From positions 1,984,001 to 2,048,000 of the forward strand of contig CM102289.1 in assembly GCA_046563655.1 (NCBI GenBank): a DNA stretch of 64,000 nt, read 5' to 3'. Within the stretch, counting starts at the first letter, position 1. Each line of letters opens with the position of its first letter. A program made the translations under genes and the position numbers. The notes beneath the pieces are model-generated. The model did no database searches, had not been told where the DNA came from, and saw only the letters and a list, made by a program, of their open reading frames with translations. This stretch comes from Yuukianura sp. NJ FZ-2021 (lineage: Eukaryota). Below, in pieces: positions 47,420 to 61,347 of the stretch.

Positions 47420-49773
47420 ATGTGCTCCACTTTTATATTTTTGGCGGTTACTGTTTTTTGTTTTACCGTTTTTTGCACATGCGCAGACGATTTGAACAAT
47501 ACGGCGTTGGGAGACAGGTAAAAGGAAACACAATTCAACTGAATTCGAATTGGCAGCGCTGCCAAAAATATTTACTAAAACCAGCGAAATATTTAAATAA
47601 ATACAATACTTACTGAAAAATCTTGAAATTTACAAAGTTGGCATTAAAGGCATGGGAAAATAAATAAATAGTTCGTAACAAAAATACATAAAATATTGAT
47701 TTTCTTAAGCCCAATTTATGCTTTTCGTTTCCCTGACGTTGCCCAGGAAAAAGTTTGTCGTAGTTCACTATTTTAATAAAAATTTCATAACGTTTGTGTT
47801 TAAAATTCCGTTGTTATAGACGCCTACGACAAACTTTTTCCTGGGCAACGAAAAGTATAAAGTATAAATTGGGCTTTAACGCTACAGGTAAAGGAACTAA
47901 ATATTTTTGGGAGGTCTGATAATTTGTCTGGTGTTTCTCGTATTTGAAATTTCGATTTGACGCGAAATTTCAAATTTCAGGCCCAATGCCGCCCTCAGTT
48001 ATGGTTCGTACTACAAAGGCCCTGTTTGCACTCCGTCTGTGCAGATTCAAAAACCGACTTCCGTTGAAGAAGTACAGCGCATAATCAAAAATGCCATCAA
48101 GAATCGAAACACAGTCAAAGCATTTGGTGTGAAACACTCTGCAACGGATATAATCTGCACCAATGGCATTCCAGTTGACATGACCGGAATTCGGGGCATG
48201 CGCATGAACAAAACAGATTTAAGCGTTACAGTTGGAGCTGGAGTGAATTTACATGATTTGGCGGAGTTTTTGAAGTCAAATCGACGCAGTCTCAAAACAA
48301 TTCCGGGATTTGGAAATATTACAATTGGCGGAGCAATTGGAACAGGAGCGCACGGATCTTCACTAAAATTTCCTTCGTCAATTTCTGAGCAAGTGATTGG
48401 TGTAACGATAGTCGATGGACTCGGGATCACTCGGGTTATTTCGGATTCCGCCGAACTTCGGGGATTTCGGATACATTTGGGGCTTCTGGGGGTCATTGTC
48501 ACGGTGACCTTGAGGACACAACCACTCTATAAAATTGTTGGTCACAATTATGTTGTTAGGGATACAATACTGTCTGATGGCTCTTTTAAAGACATTGTCC
48601 AAAATACTGACGAAGTATCAATGTACTGGTTTCCTTCAGCAGAAGTCGTTGTCATTAGTAACAGGACTGTCGTGGACGCAAACACACGCGGAGAAGCTTG
48701 GACAAATGATCATGTACCGTCGACTTACTTTTCGTTCAACTCAGCAACATTAGTTGCCATGGAAACTGCAAATGCTCTGCAATCCATATCGCCCTATTCT
48801 ACGTACTTGGCTATTGAACAACTACAAACCGTTTCCATGGAGACACTACTGACGACCGTACCTGATTTCGCGCCTATTTATACCTACAATGGCATCACAG
48901 CATCTAATCCAGCTGTAGGCTACTACCATCGCATGTTGGCGCCAATTTGTCATGAACAAGGACTCCTGCAGTGTCCATGGCTCCATGGCCCGGCAAATTT
49001 GACTTTTTTGGACAACGAATTTGCAGTTGACATAAATGTATTGCCCAATGTGTACTCAACTGTGAAGAATGTAGTTTCGAAATACCCGGCAGCATTTCCG
49101 CTTCAAGGAATTTTACTTCGTTTTTCGGGGCAAAGTGAGACTTACATGTCAAACGCTTATGGTCAAAATACATGCCATTTTGAATTTTATGTACCAAAAA
49201 GACGTAATCCTTATCGAGACGCTACTGCCGGATTGGCGGCGTACCAAACCACTCTGCAATCAATTGTGAGAAAAAATTTACAAAAAATTTTATGATTTGA
49301 TGGAAATTTTTGGTTATAACCTCAAAATAGTCTGTGAAAAAATCCATATCATAAATCAATTTTATGTTTGGTTAAAATTTTGAGCGTCAACAAAAACTTT
49401 ACGTTTTCTCGCATTTTTATTTTTCTGTTTTCAGTTGTTTGAAAATGGAGGAAAGGCACACTGGGGTAAATCGGGACTTGTTTACCACTCAACCGAAAAC
49501 ATGGCTCTAAATGTAAATTTGAAAGCGAAAACAGAATTTTTCAAGTTAATGGAAAAGTATGATCCGCATGGACTGTTTTTAAATGACTTTGGACGAAGAC
49601 TTCTTGGAATTGGAACTACAATGGACGTGGATCCAGATGTAACAAGATGTGCTCTACTGGATAACTGTTTTTGTAAATCCAGTCGAGACTGTGGTCCACA
49701 ACAACGTTGCAGTACATTGGAAGGATATCCAAATTTTCCCGCTTGCACCAATCGGCGGCCACTCATATTTTAA
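47420..49773 (+). CDS. Second secreted GULLO-like oxidase, exons 47420-47517, 47981-49266, 49435-49773
   Basis: Signal exon MCSTFIFLAVTVFCFTVFCTCA with phase-2 intron as in copy 1; GVKHS, IGGAIGTGAHGS, HWGK, CALLDNCFCKSSRDC. Confidence 0.88.
47705..47879. mobile_element. Small MITE/foldback in GULLO-2 intron 1
   Basis: ttaagcccaatttat..cgttgcccaggaaaaagtttgtcgtag mirrored by ctacgacaaactttttcctgggcaacg..ataaattgggctttaa. Confidence 0.75.
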
Positions 49774-50257
49774 TGACAATTCACAATTTTAAATTTATCG
49801 AATTTAATTTAATTTAATGGTAAGAGGAAATTAGAAAAAGCACTAGCATAACCTTGAACGAACTTCTTAGGTAAGAATTGCACCATTTGCTGCAAAGTTT
49901 TATTGCTACTTACTATTCAACTCAATTAATTTTTTTCATTATAGTAATGACTGAAAGAAATTGCAATGAATGCAATTTACAAAGTTTTACTAAAATTTAG
50001 TGGTGCATACCGAACGAAATAGAAAGGAAAATTTCTTCTTTTGCTCAAAACTTTCGCCAAGCAAAACCCAATTCTGCAAAATCATTTTCCGTAATTTATT
50101 CCACACTGTCCAGCCCTACATACATGGAGCTATTACTTATTAACATGTATGAAAGGGGAAGTAATCGAAATACAAAAGTTTTCAAAGTCTGAAATGGTTT
50201 AGTTGGCTTTCAACGTCACTCCTGCTTGGAAGTGTTTTCTAAATAGGTTTTTCCATT

Positions 50258-51792
50258 ATGATTCTGTCTTGTGTCACCTTGAAGTGTGTCCGCCTTCTCA
50301 ATATCGTCTACTTCTTTGGACTAACTAATTGTAAATTTGAGTTTACCAAAAACGGTCGAAATTTACAAATTGTTCAAAACATCAACAGGAAACGAGAAAC
50401 TCTCAGGGTTTGCCTTTTATCCGGATTCAGTTTGGTACAAGCCGTTGGCGTGGCGACGATTCTCACTTACGACTTTTTGTATTATGACAAACTAACCAAC
50501 GTTGAACGCATAGTTGCACTGGACATCGCTTACATGCTTCTATTCGGGACATGTGAACACTTCCTCACTCTCCCTAACGACAACACTTTCAATCAGCTCT
50601 TTCGTGGTATTTTCGTCTGCAACGAAAAATTTGGTAATTTGTCTTTCACTTAACGTATTCATAATACTTAAGAATACGCTCATAAGGCGTATAAGCTATA
50701 CACTCCTTGTCTAATAATTACTACTCCTGTGTATGTACTGTACATTCCAATATATACTATATATACTTCTATGAATGCATAGTATATACTCCTATACATA
50801 GAAGTGTAGAATAGTATAGTATATAGGAGATATACACTCCTACATATATACATAATATATTTTGTATTGAGATTAACCAAATTTTTGTTGAAAGTTAACC
50901 AACATTTGGAATTGCTAACATTTTTACAACTGTTCATATAGGAAAAGAGTTGAACTTGAAACAATTGAGGAAAGACGACGTGGCTGCAGCAATACTGTTG
51001 TGGTTTGACCTACATACAGTAGCTTTGTGCATTGCGGCGCTTTGCGTTGTTCCAGTCGCCGTATACGCTCGATGGCACGTCTTTTCACTTGGCAGCGACA
51101 TTCTTACTTTTGTGTACGGAATAAGTCCATTGCTGTGTTGCAGCATCGCACTCTTGGTATCGGCTGTGTTCGGCCTAATATGGACATCAAACATTCTTCT
51201 ATGTCACTACCTTACGGTGTTGGGTGCTTGCGCTGCCGTGGTACTCACTCCTAGTGTTCAACAAACGAAGTATACAGATTATACCAATATATTGTATAAG
51301 ATGAAAAACTAAACAAACTTCTTGCAACTTTTTAGGGACAACTTGAATTTCGGAAACAATCGGAGTTTTATTTGGTACAAGGCTGCATGTATTTGGATTA
51401 ACGCCTTCAGAGATGGCATGGCGGCTCAATTTTCGTGCTCATTTGCCTTGGTCCTTGGATGCTGTATCATCAACCTCTCTTGTATCATTTACTGCCCTAC
51501 GGAATGTGGACTACTTCTGGTGATAACGTCAGGCTGCCTTGTCATCGGATCTTCGTTAGCACTTAAAACCATTTGCAGAATGATCGTTCGATTTGAAACG
51601 AGTGAATGCCATATCCGAACTGCCCTACAATCTTCAAATCTGAGCCAGTATGAAAAAAAGTTGCTCAGAGCAAGACAAAAATTGAAAATTCCGTTGTGGC
51701 CTAATATTGATGTTGTACCACAAACATTTCTTTCGTTGCTGTCTGATGTTATACTAGCAAGAACAATCGATATTCTTCTCATACTCGGTTAA
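50258..51792 (+). CDS. Divergent 7TM chemoreceptor-like gene, copy 1, 3 exons
   Basis: Hydrophobic exons joined in frame by GT-AG introns (phase 1, phase 2); C-terminus RARQKLKIPLWPNIDVVPQTFLSLLSDVILARTIDILLILG. Confidence 0.75.
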
Positions 51793-52934
51793 GTTGTCAT
51801 GTCATGTGCTAAAAAAATTCACCAATAAGCAAAATAATTTGTTGAACAGAATTTGTTGAATTTTCGACTCGTTTTTACGTTGTACTCAATTTCTACATTT
51901 CTTGATCTATATGTTGTAAAAATATGTGGCAATTACTAATAGCAAAACCAAAGTAAACAGAATACTACTAGGTAAGGTCCTCTAAGATTCTTTTTTCAAA
52001 AGCTAGTTGCTATGGAAATTTTTTTCACTCCGAGTTTACTCACAGTGACGTCATTTACAGTGATGCTCAACATTTTCATCATTTTATTCTCAAACCTTTC
52101 GCCGATTTCTTAGAGTTAGCTTAAAACCTTCGACAAACCTGTATTTAACTCGGAGTGACGTCACGTTGTTTACTTTTCAAAAATCGGTTTTGGTCGCTAT
52201 TCCTTTTTTGCCGCACTCTGTTACTAAGCTACAAATATTAATAGTGTCTTCTGTGAGAACTGGCTTTTGCGCACTAATGCAAACACATGTTTAATAGAAT
52301 TTGGAAAATAAAATCTCACTTTTGAGTTATCACTAGCATATGAATTTGAAAGGGCAATTCCGAATATCAAATTCAGCGAAATTTAGTTTAATGGTAAATG
52401 GTAAAATAAAATTAAAAATAGACTAGCAGTGGTATAACATTGAACCTCTTAGGTAAAAATTCCACCTTCTGCAGCAAATAGTTCTAAAAAGTTTTTATGG
52501 TGAAAAGGAATTTAAAACTTTTTTTAAGTTTTTAAAACCCCGCAAAGTGCTACAAGTGCTAAAAAAAAGTTCCTTTTAGGATGCTTTTCCGATGTTTGAT
52601 AATCAGTTTCCCAAGTAAAAGGAACGTAAATGTCGTTTATGATAGTTCTGCAAAAAATTTAGTGGAGCATACAAAATGAAATAGAAAGGAATTTTATGTT
52701 CCGCTAAAAACTTTCCACAAACTATATTCAATGCGGCAATATCGGGTTCTGTAATTCACTCCACCCTTTCAAGTCTTACGTTTCATGTATAAAATACTTA
52801 GCTTTTACTTATGAATGTTTTTGAAAGGAGAAAGCTACCGAAGAGGCGTTATTCCAAGGGCTGGAAATTCCATTTCAGTTGGTTTGCAAACGTCAGTACT
52901 GGTTGGAAGCGTTCTCTAAACAGGCCTTTACAAT

Positions 52935-54577
52935 ATGATTCTGTCTAGATTCACGTTGAACTGTATTCGCCTCCTCAATTTCGTCTACTTCATTGGAGTA
53001 ACGAATTGTAAATTTGAGTTTACCGTAAACGGGCAAAACTTACAAATTGTTCGAAACAAAAAGAGCAAACGAGAAGCTCTTAGGGGTTGCCTTTTATCCG
53101 GATTCGCATTTGTTCAATTAGTTGGCATGGTAACCATTCTAACGTACGAGTCCTTGTATTATGACCAACTAGCCACCGTCGAACGAATAGTTGCATGGAA
53201 TATCGCTGTCATGTTTCTATTCGGGGCATGTGAACACGTATTCACAACATTTAATGTCGACACTTTCCATCAACTCTTCAATGGTATTTTCATCTGCAAT
53301 GAAGAATTTGGTAATTTGTTTTAGTACTTAACATATCTTTGCTTTTAGTCTTCCGGAGACTCATGTGTACGACATGCTGAGGAAGTCTAATTATGCTAGT
53401 TTTTACAACGCAATCAAGGTTTATTAAGAAGAAAAGAGCTTTTTCTTTCAGAGGTTAAGCAATAAGTCGCTTTTGTATTTTTCACTGCTCGAAATTTCAA
53501 AAATTAAAGGACATACCGGCAACACTAGTTTCCTTGGGAATTCTAGCTCCAAAATTTTCATTTTGAAAGGCCAGTTTGTTGCAAAGTTTTGAACAATATT
53601 CGTTCCGATATGCGTTCCTATATAACGTATATTGTAACGTCTAGATTGAAGAGTTACACTGTTACATGTTTTTAGTTGAACTTTGACCAGTATGTTGAGT
53701 TGCTCACATTTTTGCTAATATTTATGTAGGAAACCAACTGAAGTTGAAAAAAATAAAGGAAGAAGATGATGCTGCAAAGATACTGTTGTGGTTTAGCGTC
53801 CAAACAGTGTCTTTGTGTATTATGGCGGTATGGGCTATTCCAATTGCCGTATACGCTCGTTGGCACGTCTTTTCAATTGCCAGCGACCTTCTTATTTCTG
53901 TATACGAAGTAAGTCCGTTGCTGTGTTACGGCGTTGCACTCCTTGTGTCGACCATGTTCGGCTTAATATGGACATCACATGTTCAGCTATATCACTATCT
54001 TACGGTGTTGACTACTTGTGCCACCGTAGTGCTCGCTCCTATTTTTAAACAAACGAAGTAAACAGAATATACCAATGTATTGCATAAGTTTGAAAACTAA
54101 ACAAACTTCTTGTAACTTTTTAGGAACGACTTGAAATTTGGAACCATTCCGAGTAACATTTGGTACAAGGCAGCATGTATTTGGATTAACGCGTTCAGAG
54201 ATGGCATGTCTGCGGAATTTTCATGCCTTTTTGCCTTCATCCTTGGAACTTGTGTCATGAACCTGTCTTGTATTATTTACTGCCCAGCTAAATGTGGAAT
54301 ACTTTTGATGCCAGCATGTAGCATAGTCATCGGATCTTTGTTAGTACTTAACAACACTTGCAGAATGACTATTAGGTTTGAGACGAGTGAATGTCTTATT
54401 CGAACGGCCCTTCAATCTGCAAACCTGAGCAAGTATGACAAGAAGTTGCTCAGAGCAAGACGAAAATTGCAAATTCCGTTGTGGCCTAATGTTGATGTTG
54501 TACCACAAACATTCCTGTCTTTGCTATCTGATGTTGTGCTAGTAAGGACAATCGACATCCTCCTCATACTCTGTTGA
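52935..54577 (+). CDS. Divergent 7TM chemoreceptor-like gene, copy 2, 3 exons
   Basis: Tandem paralogue of the gene at 50258 with the same intron positions and an intact frame. Confidence 0.75.
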
Positions 54578-55408
54578 GGTTCCACGTCACTTTCCAAAAA
54601 ATACAAAAATTAGCAAAGTTTATAATCGCTTTTTGGCTTGTTCAATTTTTATTTTCAAAAACTAAACCTAAAAGGATAAAGCACAAACTTTCGATAGTGA
54701 TGGCCAGTAATTAAACTCTTAGATGAAGCTATGACTTGCTGTAAAATAGTGTAACAGTATTTATAATAATTTATATAATGTATATAATTGTAAATAAAGT
54801 ATATGTAATTGTATATAGAGTATATATGAAAATTAAATTCTATAGTGATAGTATACTACCACTTACCGTCTTTGCTTTGGTAAAACTTTGAACCTCATAA
54901 ATAAAAGTTCCACTTTCTGCTTCGAAGTTTCAAAAGAAATACTTATGTAGCTGAATTTTATATATTGACATTATCTAAAACAAAGTCTTTAAAAAGTTCT
55001 TAATGGTCAAAAAGGCTATTAAAAACTTAAAATTTTAAAAGTCCGCAAAGTGTTCAAAGTGGTTAAAAAAGTTTTTCCGGTTTTTTTTTCCTGTGTTTGA
55101 CAATGAGTTTTCCAAGTAAATGGGATGTGAATGCCGTTTGGAAATTTCTACTAAAACATAATGGTGCATGAGAAACGAAGGTTTTACTCAGAACTTTCGA
55201 CAAACTAAATTCTATTTGGCAAAATCGGGTTCTGTAATTCATTCCACTCTTTCCAGTTCTACAGCCATAAAATATGAAGTCATTACTAATAATTTGTTAG
55301 AAGGCGAAAAATCTAAAAGTCAAATCTCGAAGTGTGGAAATTCCAACTTTCAGTTGGCTTGCAAACGTCCGCCCCGTTTGGAGTGTTCTCTAAATAGGAT
55401 TTTACATT

Positions 55409-57065
55409 ATGATTCTGTCTAGTCTCTCCTTGCATTGTGTGCGCCTCCTCAATGTCGTCTACTACTGTGGACTAACAAATTGTAAATTTGAGTTTGCTAA
55501 AAACGGTCAAAATTTACAAGTTGTGCGAAACCGAAATATTAAACGAGCAACCCTTAGGGTTTGTCTTTTATCCGGATTCGCATTGGTTCAAGCCATTGGC
55601 GTGGCAACCATTCTCACTTACGAGTTCTTGTATTATGACAAACTAACCAACGTTGAACGCATAGTTGCACTGGACATCGCTTACATGCTTTTATATGGGG
55701 CATGTGTACAATTATTTTCTATCTTTAATGACAACACTTGCAATCAACTCTTTTATGGTATTTTCGTCTGCAATGAAACATTTGGTAATTTTTTTTCTGT
55801 AGCTATATACAGTGGGCTACAGCTAAAACAGTACACTTTCATTTTGTTTCCGTAGAAACGAGTTGAAAATTAGGTAACTCAAATTGTAAACTTTAGTAAA
55901 CTCTTATCATGGATATATTTGGTAATCGTGAATTGCCACTGGTTTTCCCTCCACAGTTGCGAAATTAAACAATTTGGGGTGTAACTGTTTTGGCTGGCGC
56001 GCACTACGTGGTAATCTAAATTTAATCAATTCAATATAAGTACTTGGTTTGTAATAATCTCATATGTAATAATATATGTTGAGGTATACACTATAGTATC
56101 ATACTATATACTCTAAATACTCTATACGCTATATGTATATGCTTTTATTAGTTACCAACCGAATTTTTGTTGAACGTTTGCCTTCAGTTTGAATGGCTAA
56201 CGTTTTTGCAAATATTTATGTAGGCAAGCAATTGAAATTGGCGCAAATGAGGCAAGATGATGCTGCAATTATACTGCTGCGGCTTGGCGTGCAAACAGTA
56301 GTGTTGTGTATCGTGGCGTTTTGCGTGGTTCCAGTTGCCGTATATGCCCGTTGGCATGTCTTTTCAATTGCCAGCGACCTGCTTCATTCTGTGTACGAAA
56401 CGAGTCCATTGCTGTGTTACGGCTTAGTACTCTTGGCGTCGGCTATGTTCGGCTTGATATGGACAACAACTATTCTTCTATGCCACTGCCTGGGGGTGTT
56501 GTGCATCAATAGTATTCACTCCTAACTTTGAACAAATAAAGTACATATATACAGATTATACCCATATATTGTATAACCTTAAAAACTGAGCAAACGTTTT
56601 GTAATTTTTAGGGACCACTTGAATTTTGGAAATATTCCGAGTTTTACTTGGTACAAGGCAATATGTATTTGGGCAAACGTGTTCCGAGACGTGTCTGCTC
56701 AATTTTCTTGCATCTTTGCCTTGATCCTTGGAATTTGTGTCATCAACTTGTCATGTATCATTTACTGCCCTGCTAAATGTGGACTACTTCTGGTAACTAC
56801 AGCAAGCTGCGTAATTATTGGATCTTTGGTAGTACTTAAAACCACTTGCAGTGTCTTTGTTAGGCTTGAGAAGAGTGAATGCAATATTCGAGCGGCCCTT
56901 CAATCATCAAATCTGAGCCTGTATGACAAAAAGTTACTCAGGGCAAGACGAAAATTAAAAATTCCATGGTGGCCTAATGTTGACGTTGTACCACAAACGT
57001 TCCTTTCCTTGCTATCGGATGTTATACTAGCAAGAACCATCGACATTCTGCTCATCCTCTGTTAA
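55409..57065 (+). pseudogene. Divergent 7TM chemoreceptor-like gene, copy 3, frameshifted in exon 2
   Basis: About 8 nt missing near 56498 relative to copies 1 and 2, giving a stop at 56523-56525 before the exon-2 donor. Confidence 0.7.
55810..56005. mobile_element. Degenerate MITE in intron 1 of copy 3
   Basis: cagtgggctacagctaaaacagtacac versus gtgtaactgttttggctggcgcgcact; not seen in the paralogous introns. Confidence 0.45.
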
Positions 57066-58013
57066 GTTTCAATGTACTTACTAAAAAATACACAAATAAG
57101 CAAAATCCATTCTCACTTTTTGGCTTGTTCAATTTTTCTTTTCGAAAACTAAACTTAAAAACTTGATGAAGCAGAAACTTTAGACAGTGAATGCCAGTCT
57201 TAATTATTCAATAGCAAAACCCTACTATTTTTGTCACTAATCAATACAATGTGCCCATTAAAATTTCATGGTCTAGGATCCACTAAATTTGATTACCACT
57301 TACGGGTATACCACGAACGCCGCCGTGTATGTATGCCGATGTTTCTAAGCGTGCAAAAAATTTTCATGAAATGGACTTTTAGTAATTGTGTTACTTTTTT
57401 TCGATGATGCCTTTTATTGAGTATTTCTTTGACGATCAAAAAAGACGATATATATCCAATGGGAATAAGTTATTTTTGGAAATTTTCCATCAACTTGAGC
57501 TGAAGAACCTAGTTATAACAAATTTTAATTAACAAAAAAAGATGGAATTAAAGTAAGTGGTATCAAATCGCCTGCGGTTTTTTTCCAATTTAAAAAATCA
57601 ACCGGTGTGCCCACAAAGCAAATGGCATAGTCATACGACTCCAGAAGGCTAAAACCACAAAAGCCAATCTGCGGGCAGCAGTGGGTCACGCAAGTGGTAA
57701 AAATTAGATTATCACGTTTTTTGTTATACCGAATTTAAAACAAATCAATTTAAGAGATTTTCTGCACTTGAACATTTGGCATTTAAATTTAGAAATGTGG
57801 CTGCCCTTAATTTGCCAATCACACCGCAAGTAGTGATTTAAAACTATATAAAAAGGATAGTTATAGGCGCAAATTGTGTCTTTTTACAAGGTAAGCGAGC
57901 TAAAATATTTATATTCTATAATTATTTAAATTTTAATAGTTTATGTTTAGTAATACACAATATATTTAATTATATATTGCTGTGTCTAATCCAGCGCATG
58001 TCACACCTTTAAC

Positions 58014-61000
58014 ATGGGGAACATTTCTGTCTTGGTGACTTTTGGATTGGCCTGTTTGGTAGCAGCGACTGTGGCGTTTAGTTTCGAAAATGCGGTAAGC
58101 ATTGGCACTATTTTATTTTTTATACGTATATCTAATTATTTATAATTTTATTAATAACATGTTATAATGTTATAATATTGTTGTGTATTACTTTTGTGTT
58201 GTAGTACCTGCAAAACGTGGAGAGTGGTAAATGTGCCACAATTGAGAAAGATTACTATGATGATCCTCTGTATGCAAAGAAATGCAAATGTGCTCCTTAT
58301 CAATTTTGGAGAACCGAAAATGAAGTAAAAACTCTAAAATTTAAAAAAATTGCGTCATGGGCACTTTTTCCCCAAAACTTCGGCTGCTATTTAAAACGAT
58401 ATACGTTTTTTGTTAGCTTGTAATGAACGAATTGGCTAAGCTTGGATACATGCAACAAGTTAAAGGAAGCAAAAACAACGGAGACATTGTTGGAATTAAT
58501 GCCAAAACTGGAACTGGAGCGAAACACCAAAAATGGAGATTCAATGAACTCGATGTAAGTTTATTCTTTTCAAACACTAAATATTTCAGTTTTGTAATAA
58601 AAATTATTCGAAACTCTTTATGCTAAAATTGGCCGTATAACGCCAAGTATTCCAAGTACATAATACATATATTTTGTTATAGGACGGCACTTATCATATC
58701 ATTGTTGAGCATACTAGCAAATGTCTGCGTGAAGGTCCAAGTGGAAAACTTGATCAATGGGAATGCATCGGGGACGAACCAGCAAAGAAGTGGAAAATTA
58801 TTGAACATCCTTGTGGAACAAGTAAGTGGGGCAAAAAATCAGCTCAACATTGTTCTCCTATGGTATATTAATTGTATTGCATGTGATATCTAAATAATTA
58901 TATAACATATAATTATAATTTATACTTAATATAATATAATATGATATAATATGAGGATAAAAAGTTACTGTTGTATACTCTAGCTCCCAACATCCCTGAC
59001 CATTTCCAACTTCGGAATCCGGCTACTGGAATGTGTGCTTCTGTCAAGGGTAACAACCATGCTCCGTTTACTCAAATCTCGCTGGAAAAATGTACCTGCG
59101 AAAATAAATTCCAATGGTGGCATTATAACAGAAAGGTATATCACACCTCAAAACTTAAATCTATGTGTTATAGTGTGTCTCTTTTTAGAAGACACTTTTT
59201 GAATCTGAAAACAGCCGCCTTAGTTAACATAGAAATTCACCTTTTTGAAATTTTGTGTACAAATCTTATGAAGAAAGTGTTTTTTAAAAACTGAGTTTTT
59301 CGATAAGCGTCGCAATGGAAGCGAAAAATCAACAAAAACAAAAAGTGTCTTCTAAAAAAAGACAAACTATAATATATAAATAATCACAAAAAATATTTAT
59401 GTACTATATCTAATGATCATTACTACTTTTTTCAGAGATTCATATCAGAGGGGCAGGCAAGAGAGTACTGTTTGGTCAACATGGAAGCCCAGAATAAACC
59501 TGGCGTGGTACAGCAGAGTTGCGGTATTGAACCATATCATATAATGCGAATTGCTCCACTTGACAATGTGAGTATACATTAATGCCCGATATATACATTA
59601 ATACATTAAATATTTTGAATGTAAAATTTTCTTATTCAATTTCTATACAAAATTTTAGCAATTTTTTTCAAAAATTAAGATTTAGCTTATTATCTTCTGA
59701 AATATTACATTTAAGTCAATTTGGTTTCCAGCAAGGAAATTTCCAAATCGAATCACAAGTTGACGCAAGATGTATTTTTACCAACGGTGGATCTGAATCT
59801 ACGAATTTGCTATACAAAAAGTGTGACAGAGCAGATGAACAACAAACATGGAGATTCTACGACGCATGCAACCCCGGTAAACCAAAAATCGTTATAGAAT
59901 TTTAAAGATTTTTTAAAAATCTTTCAAGTTTTTTGTGCCTTGTATGCCGTTACCACAGTGATACTTAAGCAAAACAATTTTCTTTTGTAGAACCGGAACC
60001 AGCACCGACTCCAAAACCCACCCCGGCACCAGTTACTGAGACTCCAACTGCCGCACCAGTTCCTGAGCCACCAGTTACTGCCCCACCAACTCCTCCAGCA
60101 CCAATCACTGCTCCACCAACTCCTGCCCCGGCACCCATCAATGAAATTCCAGCTTATCTCCGCTTCTTCTTCGACAGTGGCATGATGAACTGGCTTACTC
60201 CGACTAGATACTCTCTTCTGATTGGTGGACGATGGGATCCTGCCACCAATACTTGGATCACTGCCGATGGCCGAAGAATTGTGCCAGGTACCGACCTATG
60301 GAAAATTTACTTTGGAGGTGTCGATCCCTCTTTCCTGAACATGCTGTTTGCCGGTGGAAAGTCCTGGGACGACGTATTTGGCTGGATGTCACCCGCCTTT
60401 TTTGAAATTTGGACTGGCTGGAGAAATGTTCCAACGCCAACGCCACAGCCAATTCCAATTCCAATTCCACAGCCACCTAAGGACCAAATTCCAGCTCACC
60501 TCATGCCGATATTCATGGGCGGAAATATGAATTGGCTTACGCCAGAGCGGTACCTTCTTTTGGTTGGTGGACGATGGGACGCCAAAACGCTGACGTATTA
60601 CACGGCCGACGGAAAACAAATTCGATATCCAAGCGCAGAGTGGTCAACGTAAGCTTTCAATTTTTTTTGTCTGAGGGAAACAAAGTGCAAAGGAAAAAAA
60701 TGATTCACTTGAATGGGATTCGAACCCAAACTCTCTCAATCCAGGCAAAGCCTCTATCCATTGAGCTATCGGTCCTATCTAGGCTTGTCTAGGAAAGGAA
60801 ACGCGTTGTTGACACCATAATTTTGTAATATATTGACCAAATTATCTTTTTTTATAGATACTTCGGTACACTGAAACCAGCGGATGTGACGGCAATCTTT
60901 TCATCTGGAAATGGATCATGGAACGACACATTTGGATGGATGACTATAAACTTTTTCAAGGTTTGGACTGGCTGGCAAAAACCAGAAGTCATTCACCACA

Positions 61001-61347
61001 GGATTAAAATTATAATTCCCGCCAACATTCCTCTTGCTACGAGACGCTTGTTTCAATCTGGTGAGGTCAACTGGTTGACCCCGGATCGTATCAGGCTGTT
61101 GGCTGGTGGAAGCTGGACAGGCAATGTGTATGTCACTAGGACGCACGAAGTGATTGTTCCAGGCACTCCAGCTTGGAATGTCTACTTTGGATCTGCAGAT
61201 GTCGCAGATGTGAATAAGTTACTGGGTGGACCAGGAGCCTGGGACGACAGTATGGGATGGTTGCTGGATACGGTGAAGGAAGTACCTTCTGGACAGTATA
61301 TGAATACGTTTCCATGGGATCAACTCTTTGCTGGAGCTTCGGTTTAG
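58014..61347 (+). CDS. Secreted protein: ricin-B (QxW) lectin domains + Pro/Thr linker + three Trp-rich repeats; multi-exon
   Basis: Signal peptide; QFW, QKW, KKW, QWW and QTW motifs with NxxSGxC; linker PEPAPTPKPTPAPVT...; repeats IP..L..F..G..NWLTP.RY.LL.GG.W. Confidence 0.85.
59169..59371. mobile_element. MITE in lectin-gene intron
   Basis: tatagtgtgtctctttttagaagacactttt / aaaagtgtcttctaaaaaaagacaaactata inverted ends; absent from the paralogous intron near 63320. Confidence 0.75.
60694..60774 (-). other. tRNA-derived element (SINE head or tRNA pseudogene) in an intron
   Basis: Minus strand has A-box TAGCTCAATGG, B-box GGTTCGAATCC and a T-run terminator, but no pairing acceptor stem. 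Confidence 0.7.

Noticed and set aside
50690..50860. ORF 50680-50964 and tatatac-rich tract
   Set aside because: Low-complexity intronic sequence; the ORF is a compositional artefact.
57293..57700. Possible TIR pair ttaccactt..aagtggtaa
   Set aside because: Short match, no clear TSD, and the right end aligns with the promoter region conserved upstream of the second lectin gene.
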